This document shows positions 8,516 to 17,450 of a DNA stretch of 64,000 nucleotides, piece after piece. The notes under the pieces are model-generated. The model worked only from the letters and a program-made list of their open reading frames with translations. It was not told where the DNA came from and ran no database searches. Each line of letters begins with the position of its first letter. Position 1 is the first letter of the stretch. Source of the stretch: an uncultured Myxococcales bacterium (GTDB taxonomy: Bacteria; Myxococcota_A; UBA9042; DTJE01); contig CAIOFV010000106.1 in the NCBI GenBank assembly GCA_903857665.1, positions 12,027-76,026 of the forward strand, in the 5' to 3' direction. The position numbers and the translations under genes are program-made.

Positions 8516-9943
8516 ATGACGGACGGTGACCTGAAGGCGGCGTGGCGCGGGCAGTACGCAGACGTCCCGACGACGCTGGCACGCATGGCGGAAACGGGTC
8601 GCGTGGTGACGGCGTTCAACGCCAACATCGACGCGGTGATCAAGGTGCCGGGAACGCGAATCGCCGAACTGGCGGCGGCCACGGGGCTGGACCGGGGGGC
8701 GCTGGACGCCGCCCTGGCCCGGGTGATCCGGACACCGGCGGACCTGGTGCGCGGGCTGATGAGGTGCTTCGCGTCGGGGATCGCCGAGGAGTGGCTGATC
8801 GAGGACCCAGCGGTATACCGGTGGGCCTGCGAACAGGTGGGATGCGACCGGACCCAGATGGGCGGCCAGGCGGGCATCGTGGCCAACGCGATGGCGGTCT
8901 GCGGCGTCCGGGACGTGCTGGTCCATTGCGCCTCGCTGCCGGCCGACCAGGCCCGGCTGTTCCTGGACCTGCCGAACCTGCGATCGACCGGGGCGGACGG
9001 CCGGCTGGTGCAGGCCCGCGGCATCGCCCGGGACGACCCGCCGATGGTCCACTGGATCCTCGAGTTCGACGGCGGCGACGTGATCCCGCTGCCCGGCGGC
9101 GACATCCTTCGGTGCCCGAAGTCGAACCGGTTCATCGCCACCTACGACCCCATGAACCTGGCGCTGCACGTGGATTCGGCGTTCGCGCGACAGGTCGAGG
9201 CGCTGCCGTGCGACGCGATGATCCTGTCGGGCTACCACCTGCTGACCGAAACGCTCCCGGACGGGACACGGGGCACCGATCGCGTGGACGCGTCGATGGA
9301 CGCGGTGCGGGCGTGGCGTCGCGCCAGCCCGGAGTGCCTGGTGCACCTGGAGGTCGCATCGACCCAGGACCGGGTGGTCCGGCGGCACGTGCTGGAAGGG
9401 CCCGCGCGGCAGGTCGATAGCATCGGAATGAACGAGCGCGAGACGATCGACCTGATCGAGCTGCTGGACGACGACGGGCTTGCGGCACTGTGCAACCGCG
9501 AGCCGCGCGCCGACCACCTGTTCCGGGCGGTGCTGAGGGTGTTCCGGCACACGGGCTGCCCGCGCGTCCAGCTGCACATGTACGGCCTGTACGTGACGAT
9601 CCAGCGCAAGGGCTTCCGGGTCGGCCCGATCGCCAACCGGCGCGGCATGCAGACGGCGGCGGTGGTGGCCGCGGGCAAGGCGGGCACGGGGGCGATCGAC
9701 ACGCCGGCCGCGCTGCTGTGGGCCCGCGACCGGGACGTGTCGGACGTGGGCCTCGGCGAACTGAGGCGGCTGGCCGCGTTGCCGGAACTGGGCGGCGCCG
9801 GGGGCAGACTCCTGGCGACAGGCATCCATGAAGGCCCCGACTTCGACGTCATCGCGGTGCCCACGATCCTGGTGGAGCGGCCGGTGACGCTGGTCGGGAT
9901 GGGCGACACGATCTCGTCGGTGTCGCTGGTTGCGGCGCGGTAG
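8516..9943 (+). CDS. ADP-dependent glucokinase/phosphofructokinase family kinase (glucokinase-type residues)
   Basis: FNANIDAV, MGGQAGIVAN, VHWILEF, NRFIATYD, SIGMNERE and the terminal VGMGDTISS with the catalytic Asp. ATG at 8516 follows AGGAGG. Confidence 0.88.
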   Translation: MTDGDLKAAWRGQYADVPTTLARMAETGRVVTAFNANIDAVIKVPGTRIAELAAATGLDRGALDAALARVIRTPADLVRGLMRCFASGIAEEWLIEDPAVYRWACEQVGCDRTQMGGQAGIVANAMAVCGVRDVLVHCASLPADQARLFLDLPNLRSTGADGRLVQARGIARDDPPMVHWILEFDGGDVIPLPGGDILRCPKSNRFIATYDPMNLALHVDSAFARQVEALPCDAMILSGYHLLTETLPDGTRGTDRVDASMDAVRAWRRASPECLVHLEVASTQDRVVRRHVLEGPARQVDSIGMNERETIDLIELLDDDGLAALCNREPRADHLFRAVLRVFRHTGCPRVQLHMYGLYVTIQRKGFRVGPIANRRGMQTAAVVAAGKAGTGAIDTPAALLWARDRDVSDVGLGELRRLAALPELGGAGGRLLATGIHEGPDFDVIAVPTILVERPVTLVGMGDTISSVSLVAAR

Positions 9944-9964
9944 GGCGGGTCGGACATCAAGTGC

Positions 9965-10034
9965 GCCCGAGGCGACTCCGTCTGCGGCGAGAGTTTCCTT
10001 CGGAAACCCATCGCCTGCGCCTACGTGCTCGGGC
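9965..10034 (+). repeat. 70-bp palindromic dispersed repeat, copy 1
   Basis: GCCCGAG...CTCGGGC ends with central hairpin GTTTCC-TTC-GGAAAC; lies between the convergent kinase and tex genes. Confidence 0.9.
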
Positions 10035-10037
10035 GGG

Positions 10038-12221
10038 CTACACCTTGTTGCCCAGCCCCTTCGCCGACAGCGATATCCGGCGCCGCGGCAGGTCCACCGC
10101 CAGCACCCGCACCTTCAGCCGCAGGCCGGGACGCGCGACCTCGGACGGCTGTCGCACGAACCGGTCGGCCAGCTCGCTGACGTGGACCAGCCCATCCTGG
10201 TGCACGCCCACGTCCACGAAGGCGCCGAAGGCCGTCACGTTGGTGACGACGCCTTCCAGTTCCATGCCCGGCTTCAGGTCCTCCAGCGTTCGCACGTCGT
10301 CGCGGAACCGCAGGGCCTCGAACTCGCGCCGCGGGTCGCGCCCGGGCTTCTTCAATTCGGCCAGGATGTCCCGCAGGGTCGGCAGGCCCACGTCGCCGAG
10401 TGCGTAGCGCGCGATGTCGATCTTCTCCACGGCCTCCGGGTGGCCCACCAGCGAGGCCAGCGTCACGCCCAGGTCGCGGGCCATCCGCTCGACCAGGCCG
10501 TACCGCTCGGGATGCACGGCCGAGGCGTCCAGGGGATGCGACCCGCCGCGCACGCGCAGGAAACCCGCCGCCTGCTCGAAGGTCCGGGGGCCCAGCCGCG
10601 GCACCGCCATCAGGTCCTTGCGCGACGTGAAGCCGCCGCGGCGATCCCGCTCGGCCACGATCGCGCCCGCCAGGTTCGGACCGATGCCCGAAACGTAGGC
10701 CAGCAGCGCCGCCGAAGCGGTGTTCACCTCGACGCCGACACCGTTGACGCAGTCCTCGACGACCTCGTCCAGGCGCTTCTTCAGGCGCCCTTCGGCCACG
10801 TCGTGCTGGTACTGCCCGACCCCGATGGACTGCGGGTCCACCTTGACCAGTTCCGCCAGCGGATCCTGCAGGCGGCGGGCGATGCTGATGGCCCCGCGCA
10901 CGGTCAGGTCCAGATCCGGAAACTCCTCGCGGGCGATGTCCGAAGCGCTGTACACGCTGGCGCCGGCCTCGCTGACCGCCACCACCAGCACGTCCTTGGC
11001 CCCGGAGGCCGCCAGCGCGTCCCGCACGAACGCCTCGGTTTCGCGGCCCGCGGTGCCGTTGCCCACGGCCACGGCGTCCGGACGGTGCCGGGCCACGAAC
11101 GCCCTGAAGTCCGCAGTGGCCCGGGCCGCGGACGCGTCGCCGCTGTGCGGATACACCGTCACGTGCCCCTGGAAGGCGCCCCGGGCATCCGCGGCCGCGC
11201 ACTTGCACCCGGTACGCAGCCCCGGATCGACCCCCACCACCGACCGGCCCCCGAAGGGCGGCGCCAGCAGCAGCTCGCGCAGGTTCGCGGCGAACACCTC
11301 CACCGCGTCGCGCTCGGCCCGGTCCGCCACCTCGCCCAGGATCTCGCCGTCCACCGCCGGGCGGATCAGCCGGTCGAACGCGTCCTCGACCGCCGCGACC
11401 AGCTCGCCGGCCCAGGGCGAGCGAGGGTCATGGTTCATCCGCGCCAGGGCCCACTCGATCAGGGGGCCGTCGTCCGCTTCCACCTTCACGCGCAGGATGC
11501 CCTCGGCCTCGCCGCGCCGGACCGCGAGGAACCGGTGCGACGGCAGGCGCGACAGGGCCTCCCGGTATTCGTAGTAGCCCTCGAACTTGGTCGGGCCGGT
11601 CGCCTTGGACTTGATGACGTCGGACCGCAGCGCGCCGCGTTCGCGCAGGGTTTCCCGGACCCGGGCCCGGACATCGGCCCGGTCCGCGGCGGTCTCGGCC
11701 ACGATGTCCCGGGCGCCCGCCAGCGCCGCGTCGATGTCCGCCACGGCCTTCGCCGCGTCGTCCGAGGCGTGGACGTAGGCCAGCGCCTCGTTCCGCGGAT
11801 CGCCGTCCCGGGGCTGGGCCAGGATGCGCGCGGCCAGCGGATCGAGGCCGCGTTCCCGCGCCATGCCCGCGCGGGTGCGCCGCTTCGGCCGGTAGGGCAG
11901 GTACAGGTCCTCCAGCTCGGCCTTCGTGACGCAGGCCTCGATGGCGGCCCGCAGCGCGTCGGTCAACTTCCCCTGCCCGGCGACGGACTCCAGGATCGCA
12001 CGCCGACGCTTGTCCAGGTCCACCAGGGCATCCCGGCGCTCGGACACCGCGCGAATCGCCACCTCGTCCAGCCCGCCGGTCACCTCCTTCCGGTAGCGGG
12101 CCAGGAAGGGCACCGTGGCCCCCTCGTCCAGCAGACGCAGCACCGCGCTGATCGAGGACGTGGGCAGGCGCAGTTCGGCGGCCAGGATCGGCAGCGGATC
12201 GAAGGGGGACGCGTCGGCCAT
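10038..12221 (-). CDS. tex: Tex/YhgF RNA-binding transcriptional accessory protein
   Basis: GATVPFLARYRKE, ELEDLYLPYRPKRRT, GVDPGLRTGCK, QDPLAELVKVDPQSIGVGQYQHDV and a C-terminal S1 domain. Confidence 0.95.
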   Translation of the reverse strand: MADASPFDPLPILAAELRLPTSSISAVLRLLDEGATVPFLARYRKEVTGGLDEVAIRAVSERRDALVDLDKRRRAILESVAGQGKLTDALRAAIEACVTKAELEDLYLPYRPKRRTRAGMARERGLDPLAARILAQPRDGDPRNEALAYVHASDDAAKAVADIDAALAGARDIVAETAADRADVRARVRETLRERGALRSDVIKSKATGPTKFEGYYEYREALSRLPSHRFLAVRRGEAEGILRVKVEADDGPLIEWALARMNHDPRSPWAGELVAAVEDAFDRLIRPAVDGEILGEVADRAERDAVEVFAANLRELLLAPPFGGRSVVGVDPGLRTGCKCAAADARGAFQGHVTVYPHSGDASAARATADFRAFVARHRPDAVAVGNGTAGRETEAFVRDALAASGAKDVLVVAVSEAGASVYSASDIAREEFPDLDLTVRGAISIARRLQDPLAELVKVDPQSIGVGQYQHDVAEGRLKKRLDEVVEDCVNGVGVEVNTASAALLAYVSGIGPNLAGAIVAERDRRGGFTSRKDLMAVPRLGPRTFEQAAGFLRVRGGSHPLDASAVHPERYGLVERMARDLGVTLASLVGHPEAVEKIDIARYALGDVGLPTLRDILAELKKPGRDPRREFEALRFRDDVRTLEDLKPGMELEGVVTNVTAFGAFVDVGVHQDGLVHVSELADRFVRQPSEVARPGLRLKVRVLAVDLPRRRISLSAKGLGNKV

Positions 12222-12300
12222 GGGCGGGTGCTCCGGGTTGGCGCGGCGAGGATGCGCGCTGGGGCCGCAGCGGTCAAGGGGCGGCTACGGTCCGAGGCAG

Positions 12301-12375
12301 CACGGACAGGGGCGGACAGGGGCGGACGGTGGAGCATCGGAACGGACAGGAACGGACAGGCCCGGACAGGGGCGG
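12301..12375. repeat. 10-bp-period tandem repeats NNCGGACAGG
   Basis: CGGACAGG occurs 5 times in a strict 10-bp register, plus degenerate units, in the divergent tex/prmA intergenic region. Confidence 0.8.
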
Positions 12376-12483
12376 TAGCGTGCGGCGCGGGATTCGTCGC
12401 GAAGTCCCATGTCGTCGCCTTCGCGAAGGTCGATGGTCCGCCACGTGGCAGCATCGACGGACGCCTGGCGCCGACCCGCATCG

Positions 12484-12512
12484 TTGACTCCGGCCGCCCG
12501 GACCGCTAGGGT
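12484..12512 (+). promoter_or_regulatory. Putative sigma70 promoter of prmA (TTGACT-N17-TAGGGT)
   Basis: Canonical 17-nt spacing, just upstream of the GGAGG RBS. Confidence 0.5.
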
Positions 12513-12532
12513 GGCGGCCGTTGGAGGTGTCC

Positions 12533-13489
12533 ATGAGCGACTGGGTCGAGATCGCGGTCCGGCTCCCGGTGGCGGCGCAGGAGGCGGTTTCCGCCTGGTT
12601 CCTGGACCGGGGAGCGACCGGCGTGCAGGAGGACTACCCCGGCCTGTTCCCGGGCGACGGCCCGGTGGTGTCCGGCGATCCGGCGGAGTGGGGCGGCGAC
12701 GCTCCCCAGAACCCGGCGCCCGACGTGGTGCTGACCGCATGGCTGCCCCCGCCCGCGAACCCCGAGCGCGAGGCCGAAGCGCTGATCGCGTTCCTGCGGG
12801 AGCTGGACGCCGTGGTCCCGGGCGCCGGCGAATCGCCCGTCGAGGCCACGCCCCTGCCCGAGCAGGACTGGAACAGCGCGTGGAAGGCGTCGTGGCAGCC
12901 CCTGCCCGTCGGCCAGTGCCTGATGATCTGCCCGTCCTGGACACCCCGCCCCGACGCGCCCGGGCGCATCTTCCTGTGCCTGGATCCGGGCATGGCCTTC
13001 GGCACCGGCACGCACTTCACGACGGGTTCCTGCCTGGAGTTCGTCGAGGACGTCATGACGGCCGCGACCGCGCCCATCGACGTGCTGGACGTGGGCACCG
13101 GGTCCGGGATCCTTGCCGTCGCCGCCCTCCTGATGGGCGCCCGGTCGGCCCACGGCCTGGACATGGACCCCGACGCCGTCGAGGAGGCCCGCCAGAATGC
13201 CGAGCGCAACGACGTGCAGGACCGCTTCACCGCATCCGTGGACCCGCTGAACGGCCGCGAGGGGGCGTTCGGGCTGGTGCTGGCCAACATCATGGCCCAG
13301 ACGATCCTGCGCCTGGCCGACCCCCTGGTCGCGTGCGTCGCGCCGGGCGGCTACCTGGTCACGTCGGGCGTGTTGCTGTGCCACGAGGAAGAGATTCGGA
13401 ACACCCTGGAATCCCGCGGGCTGGCCTTTCAGCGCGCCCGCAAGGACGGCACCTGGGTCACCTGCATGTGGCTGCGCCCGGCCCTGTGA
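12533..13489 (+). CDS. prmA: Ribosomal protein L11 methyltransferase
   Basis: QDWNSAWK, LDPGMAFGTGTHFTT, VLDVGTGSGILA, LANIMA. Confidence 0.9.
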   Translation: MSDWVEIAVRLPVAAQEAVSAWFLDRGATGVQEDYPGLFPGDGPVVSGDPAEWGGDAPQNPAPDVVLTAWLPPPANPEREAEALIAFLRELDAVVPGAGESPVEATPLPEQDWNSAWKASWQPLPVGQCLMICPSWTPRPDAPGRIFLCLDPGMAFGTGTHFTTGSCLEFVEDVMTAATAPIDVLDVGTGSGILAVAALLMGARSAHGLDMDPDAVEEARQNAERNDVQDRFTASVDPLNGREGAFGLVLANIMAQTILRLADPLVACVAPGGYLVTSGVLLCHEEEIRNTLESRGLAFQRARKDGTWVTCMWLRPAL

Positions 13490-13519
13490 CGGCCGGCCTG
13501 GCGTTGAACCGCACCCGCC

Positions 13520-14299
13520 CTACCCCAGCAGGTCCGCCGCCGTTTCGCGCCGGAAGCCTTCCGCCGCGTCCAGCCCGGCCTGCCGCCCGATCCGCTTCGC
13601 CAGTTCCCGCACCATGAAGCCGATGGCCGGCCGGAAGTGATCGCGATCCAGCATCGGCAGGTATTCCGTGTGGGCCTGGCACGCCTCGATCCCCTGGCGG
13701 GTGTCGTCGATCATCAGGCGCATCTGCGATTCATGCAGGCACAGGGCGTCGATCTTCCGGTCCAGGAACGGGCCGATGTCCACGAACGAATCGAAGTGGA
13801 TCGAGGACTTCGCGAAGTACCAGCGCTCGGGCACCAGCCAGGGTTCCAGGCCCTCGGCGCGATGTTCCGGGTGGTACAGGGGGAAGTTGGAAAAGGACAC
13901 GGCCTCCACGGCAGCCCACGCCACCGCCCGGTGATCGGGATGGGGCTCGAAGGGCGCGAACGGATCGAAGGTCAGCACCAGGTCGGGGCGGCGACGGCGG
14001 ATCTGCCGGAAGAACTGCTCGCGTATGGTCAGGATGGGCACCGCGCCCAGCTCGCCGTCCGGGTAGCCCAGGAACTCGACCGACGCCTTGCCCAGGAACC
14101 GGGCCACCGCGCGCGCCTCGACGTCGCGGCTCCTCGCCACCAGGTCGGACGATGCCAGCTCGAAGGATCCCTTTCCATTGTCGGTCGCGATCACCTCGTG
14201 GACCGTCCATCCGTCGGCCACCAGCTTGGCCACGGTCCCGCCGGCGAAGAACTCGGTGTCGTCGGCGTGGGCGCACAGGAGCAGGGCGGATTTGCCCAT
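13520..14299 (-). CDS. PIG-L/LmbE family deacetylase
   Basis: AHADDTE, T.GKG, GYPDG.L, HPDHRA, KIDAL.LHESQ. Confidence 0.88.
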   Translation of the reverse strand: MGKSALLLCAHADDTEFFAGGTVAKLVADGWTVHEVIATDNGKGSFELASSDLVARSRDVEARAVARFLGKASVEFLGYPDGELGAVPILTIREQFFRQIRRRRPDLVLTFDPFAPFEPHPDHRAVAWAAVEAVSFSNFPLYHPEHRAEGLEPWLVPERWYFAKSSIHFDSFVDIGPFLDRKIDALCLHESQMRLMIDDTRQGIEACQAHTEYLPMLDRDHFRPAIGFMVRELAKRIGRQAGLDAAEGFRRETAADLLG

Positions 14300-14428
14300 C
14301 GTGGGCCTCCGGAACGAGTCGCCGGAAGAATAGCAGATCCTCCGCGCCGGCGAGCCCGACGAGCCGCGTGATGCGGTGCGCCAAACGGTGATATCCTCGC
14401 GCCGGCGGCGAAGGAGAGCGGCGGCTTC

Positions 14429-15913
14429 ATGTCGAACCCGTGGAAGGCGTTCATCGACTTCTTCCGGACCGGGCCCGACCGCCCCCCGGCCGACATCGAC
14501 GCCGCGACGATGCGCCGGTCCTACGAGCGCCATCGCTGGAGCGTGTTCCTGTCCGCGACGATCGGGTACGGGCTGTTCTACGTCTGCCGCATCAATTTTT
14601 CGGTCATCAAGAAGCCCATGCTGGACGAGGGCCTTCTGACCGCGACCCAGATGGGCTACATCGGCAGCGCCCTGCTGTTCGGGTACGCCGCCGGAAAGCT
14701 GGTCAACGGGTTCCTGGCGGACCGCAGCAACATCCGCCGGTTCATGTCGTTCGGCCTGCTGGCCTCGGCGGTGCTGAACTTCTTCCTGGGCTTCAACCCG
14801 GGCTTCACGGTGTTCCTGGTCGCGTGGGGCGTCAACGGCTGGCTGCAGTCCACGGGGGCCCCGGGATCCATCGTCACGATGTCCCACTGGTTCAGCCCGA
14901 AGGAGCGAGGCTCCAAGTACGGCATCTGGTGCATCAGCCACAACATCGGCGAGGGCCTGACGTTCGTCCTGACCGCGTTCTTCGTGTCGTCCATGGGCTG
15001 GCACTGGGGCTTCTGGGGCCCCGCGCTGATGTGCATCGTGGCCGCGGCGATCCTGTCGCGCACCCTTGCCGATCGACCGCAGACGCTGGGCCTGCCCCCG
15101 GTCACCGAGTACAAGGACGACATCGCGCCCATGGACAGGGCCGACGCGTCGGTCGGGCACCTCCAGATGGAGGTGCTGCGCAACCCCGCCGTGTGGGCCC
15201 TGGGCCTGTCGTCCGCGATGATGTATGTCGCCCGCTACGGCGTGAACAACTGGGGCGTGCTGGTCCTGCAGGAAGGCAAGGGCCACTCGATGATGGACGC
15301 CGGCACCATCCTCGGGATCTATTCCGTCAGCGGACTGGCGGGTTCGTTCCTGTCGGGGATCATTTCGGACAAGTTCTTCGGTTCGCGGCGCAACCTGCCG
15401 GCCTTCCTGTTCGGGCTGCTGCAGATCGCGTCCCTGACCGCGCTGTTCCTGGCGCCGCCCGGGCACTTCTGGCTGGACGCGATGGCCCTGGCCGTGTTCG
15501 GCTTCGCGATGGGCGTGCTGGTGTCCTTCCTGGGCGGCCTGATGGCGATCGACATCGTGTCCCCGAGGGCGGCAGGCGCCGCGGCCGGCGTGGTCGGGAT
15601 GTTCTCCTACATCGGGGCCGCCCTGCAGGACACCGCCAGCGGCTGGCTGATCGACGTGGGGCGCACGGTCCAGGAAGTCCCGGTCGATGTGGACATGGGC
15701 CGGCTGACGGCCTTCTGCGGCGCGATGGGCACCGACCTGTCGATCCTGGTGGGCCCCGACCGCTGCGCCGGCACGCGCACGATCGCGGTGCAGAAGATCG
15801 ACTATGCCTTCACGGACCCGTTCCTCTTCTGGATCGGCGCGTCGGTGCTGAGCCTGCTGCTGGCGCTGGCGGTCTGGAAGGCGGTCGATCGCGCCCGTGG
15901 CAGGATTGTCTAG
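14429..15913 (+). CDS. MFS transporter, GlpT/UhpT (organophosphate:Pi antiporter) family
   Basis: YVCRINFS, GFLADRSN, HWFSPKERG..YGIW..SHNIG, GIISDKFFGSRR; about 12 TM segments. Confidence 0.88.
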   Translation: MSNPWKAFIDFFRTGPDRPPADIDAATMRRSYERHRWSVFLSATIGYGLFYVCRINFSVIKKPMLDEGLLTATQMGYIGSALLFGYAAGKLVNGFLADRSNIRRFMSFGLLASAVLNFFLGFNPGFTVFLVAWGVNGWLQSTGAPGSIVTMSHWFSPKERGSKYGIWCISHNIGEGLTFVLTAFFVSSMGWHWGFWGPALMCIVAAAILSRTLADRPQTLGLPPVTEYKDDIAPMDRADASVGHLQMEVLRNPAVWALGLSSAMMYVARYGVNNWGVLVLQEGKGHSMMDAGTILGIYSVSGLAGSFLSGIISDKFFGSRRNLPAFLFGLLQIASLTALFLAPPGHFWLDAMALAVFGFAMGVLVSFLGGLMAIDIVSPRAAGAAAGVVGMFSYIGAALQDTASGWLIDVGRTVQEVPVDVDMGRLTAFCGAMGTDLSILVGPDRCAGTRTIAVQKIDYAFTDPFLFWIGASVLSLLLALAVWKAVDRARGRIV

Positions 15914-15953
15914 GCGCGCGCAACGCGGCTGCGGCCACGGCGAGGGATTCCCG

Positions 15954-17450
15954 ATGGACCGGACCAGAGATTCCCGTCGAAACGCCGGCCGGGCCGCGAT
16001 CATGGCGTCCCTGCTGCTGGCGTGCGTGGTCATCGTCGCCGTGGTCAACACGCGCTGGCGCGACGCGACGGTCCTCAACCACTTCGCATACCTGCCCATC
16101 GCGATCGCGGCGACCTGGTGGGGGCGCCGAGGCGCGCTGGTCGCCCTGGTGCCCATCGTGACGCTGGGCATCCTGGACGTGCTCGGACTGACCCCTGCGC
16201 CCTCCTGGACCGACGCGGTCCGCGGCGTGTTCTTCCTGGCGGCGGGAGGCGTCATCGGCTCTCTGTCCGACCGGGTCCGCGCCCAGGGGCGGGTGGTCCA
16301 CGCCTCGGAGGCGAACCTCCGGGCGGTCATCGAGGCGTCGTCCACCGGCGTCATGGTCTATCGCGACGACCGCATCGTGTTCGTGAACCGCCGCATCGAC
16401 GCGCTGCTGGGGGACCGCGACGCAAGCGTATCGCCCGTCGGCCGGTCGATCTGGGACTTCGTCCACCCGGAGGATCTGCCCAGCATCCGGGCGCAGTTGT
16501 CCCGGCGCGCCGACGACCCCCTGGCCGCCCTCCGGTACGAGCATCGCCTGCTGCGCATGGACGGCGGCGTGGTGTGGTGCGACATCGCCTCCGCGCCGGT
16601 CGTGTTCGACGGCGCCCCGGCGATCCTCGTCAGCGTGTACGACCTGACGGACAAGCACGAGGCCGAGGAGCGGCGCCTGGAACTGCTGCGGCGCACGCGC
16701 GAGCAGGAGGACCAGCTGGTCCACTCGACCCGCCTGGCCGAGCTGGGCGAGATGGCCGCCGCCGTCGCCCACGAATTGAACCAGCCGCTGACGGGCATCC
16801 GCAACTTCGCCCGCAACGCGACCTACATGCTGGAAAACGACGCGGGCAGCACCGAGGACGTCAAGGGGAACCTGCGCCTGATCAGCGAGCAGGTGGACCG
16901 GGCCGCCCGCATCATCCAGCAGATGCGCTCGCTGACGCGCAAGTCGGACCGCGAGTTCGTCCCGGTCGATATCGTCGGCATCGTGCGCGAGGCCGTGGAT
17001 TTCCTGGCGCCGCAGTTCCGCCTGTCGGGCTGCCAGATCAACCTGCGCTTCGGCGAGGGGCACCCCGTCGTGATGGGCGATCGCATCCGCCTGGAGCAGG
17101 TGGTCCTGAACCTGCTGACCAACGCCCGCCACGCGATGGAGGACGCGGCCGAACGGGTGCTGACGGTGCGCACCCGGATCGAGCCCGAGTCCCCCCAGGG
17201 AGTGGTCGTCGAGATCGAGGACACCGGGAAGGGCTTCGCGGCCGAGGACGCGGAAAAACTGTTCCGCCCGTTCTACAGCACCAAGGGCCCGGGTCGCGGC
17301 ACGGGCCTGGGCCTGTCGATCAGCCTGTCGATCATCAAGGAGCACGACGGGCTGATCGAGGCGTGGGGCGAGCCGGGCAAGGGCGCGCGCTTCACGGTGC
17401 GCCTGCCCCAGGCCCCGCCGGGGTCGCGGGCCACGGAGGTGACGTCATGA
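15954..17450 (+). CDS. Membrane PAS-domain sensor histidine kinase (DctB/NtrB-like)
   Basis: N-terminal TM helices, PAS (FVHPED), H-box AHELNQPL, and N/G boxes (NLLTNARHA, DTGKG, GTGLGLSIS). Confidence 0.92.
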   Translation: MDRTRDSRRNAGRAAIMASLLLACVVIVAVVNTRWRDATVLNHFAYLPIAIAATWWGRRGALVALVPIVTLGILDVLGLTPAPSWTDAVRGVFFLAAGGVIGSLSDRVRAQGRVVHASEANLRAVIEASSTGVMVYRDDRIVFVNRRIDALLGDRDASVSPVGRSIWDFVHPEDLPSIRAQLSRRADDPLAALRYEHRLLRMDGGVVWCDIASAPVVFDGAPAILVSVYDLTDKHEAEERRLELLRRTREQEDQLVHSTRLAELGEMAAAVAHELNQPLTGIRNFARNATYMLENDAGSTEDVKGNLRLISEQVDRAARIIQQMRSLTRKSDREFVPVDIVGIVREAVDFLAPQFRLSGCQINLRFGEGHPVVMGDRIRLEQVVLNLLTNARHAMEDAAERVLTVRTRIEPESPQGVVVEIEDTGKGFAAEDAEKLFRPFYSTKGPGRGTGLGLSISLSIIKEHDGLIEAWGEPGKGARFTVRLPQAPPGSRATEVTS

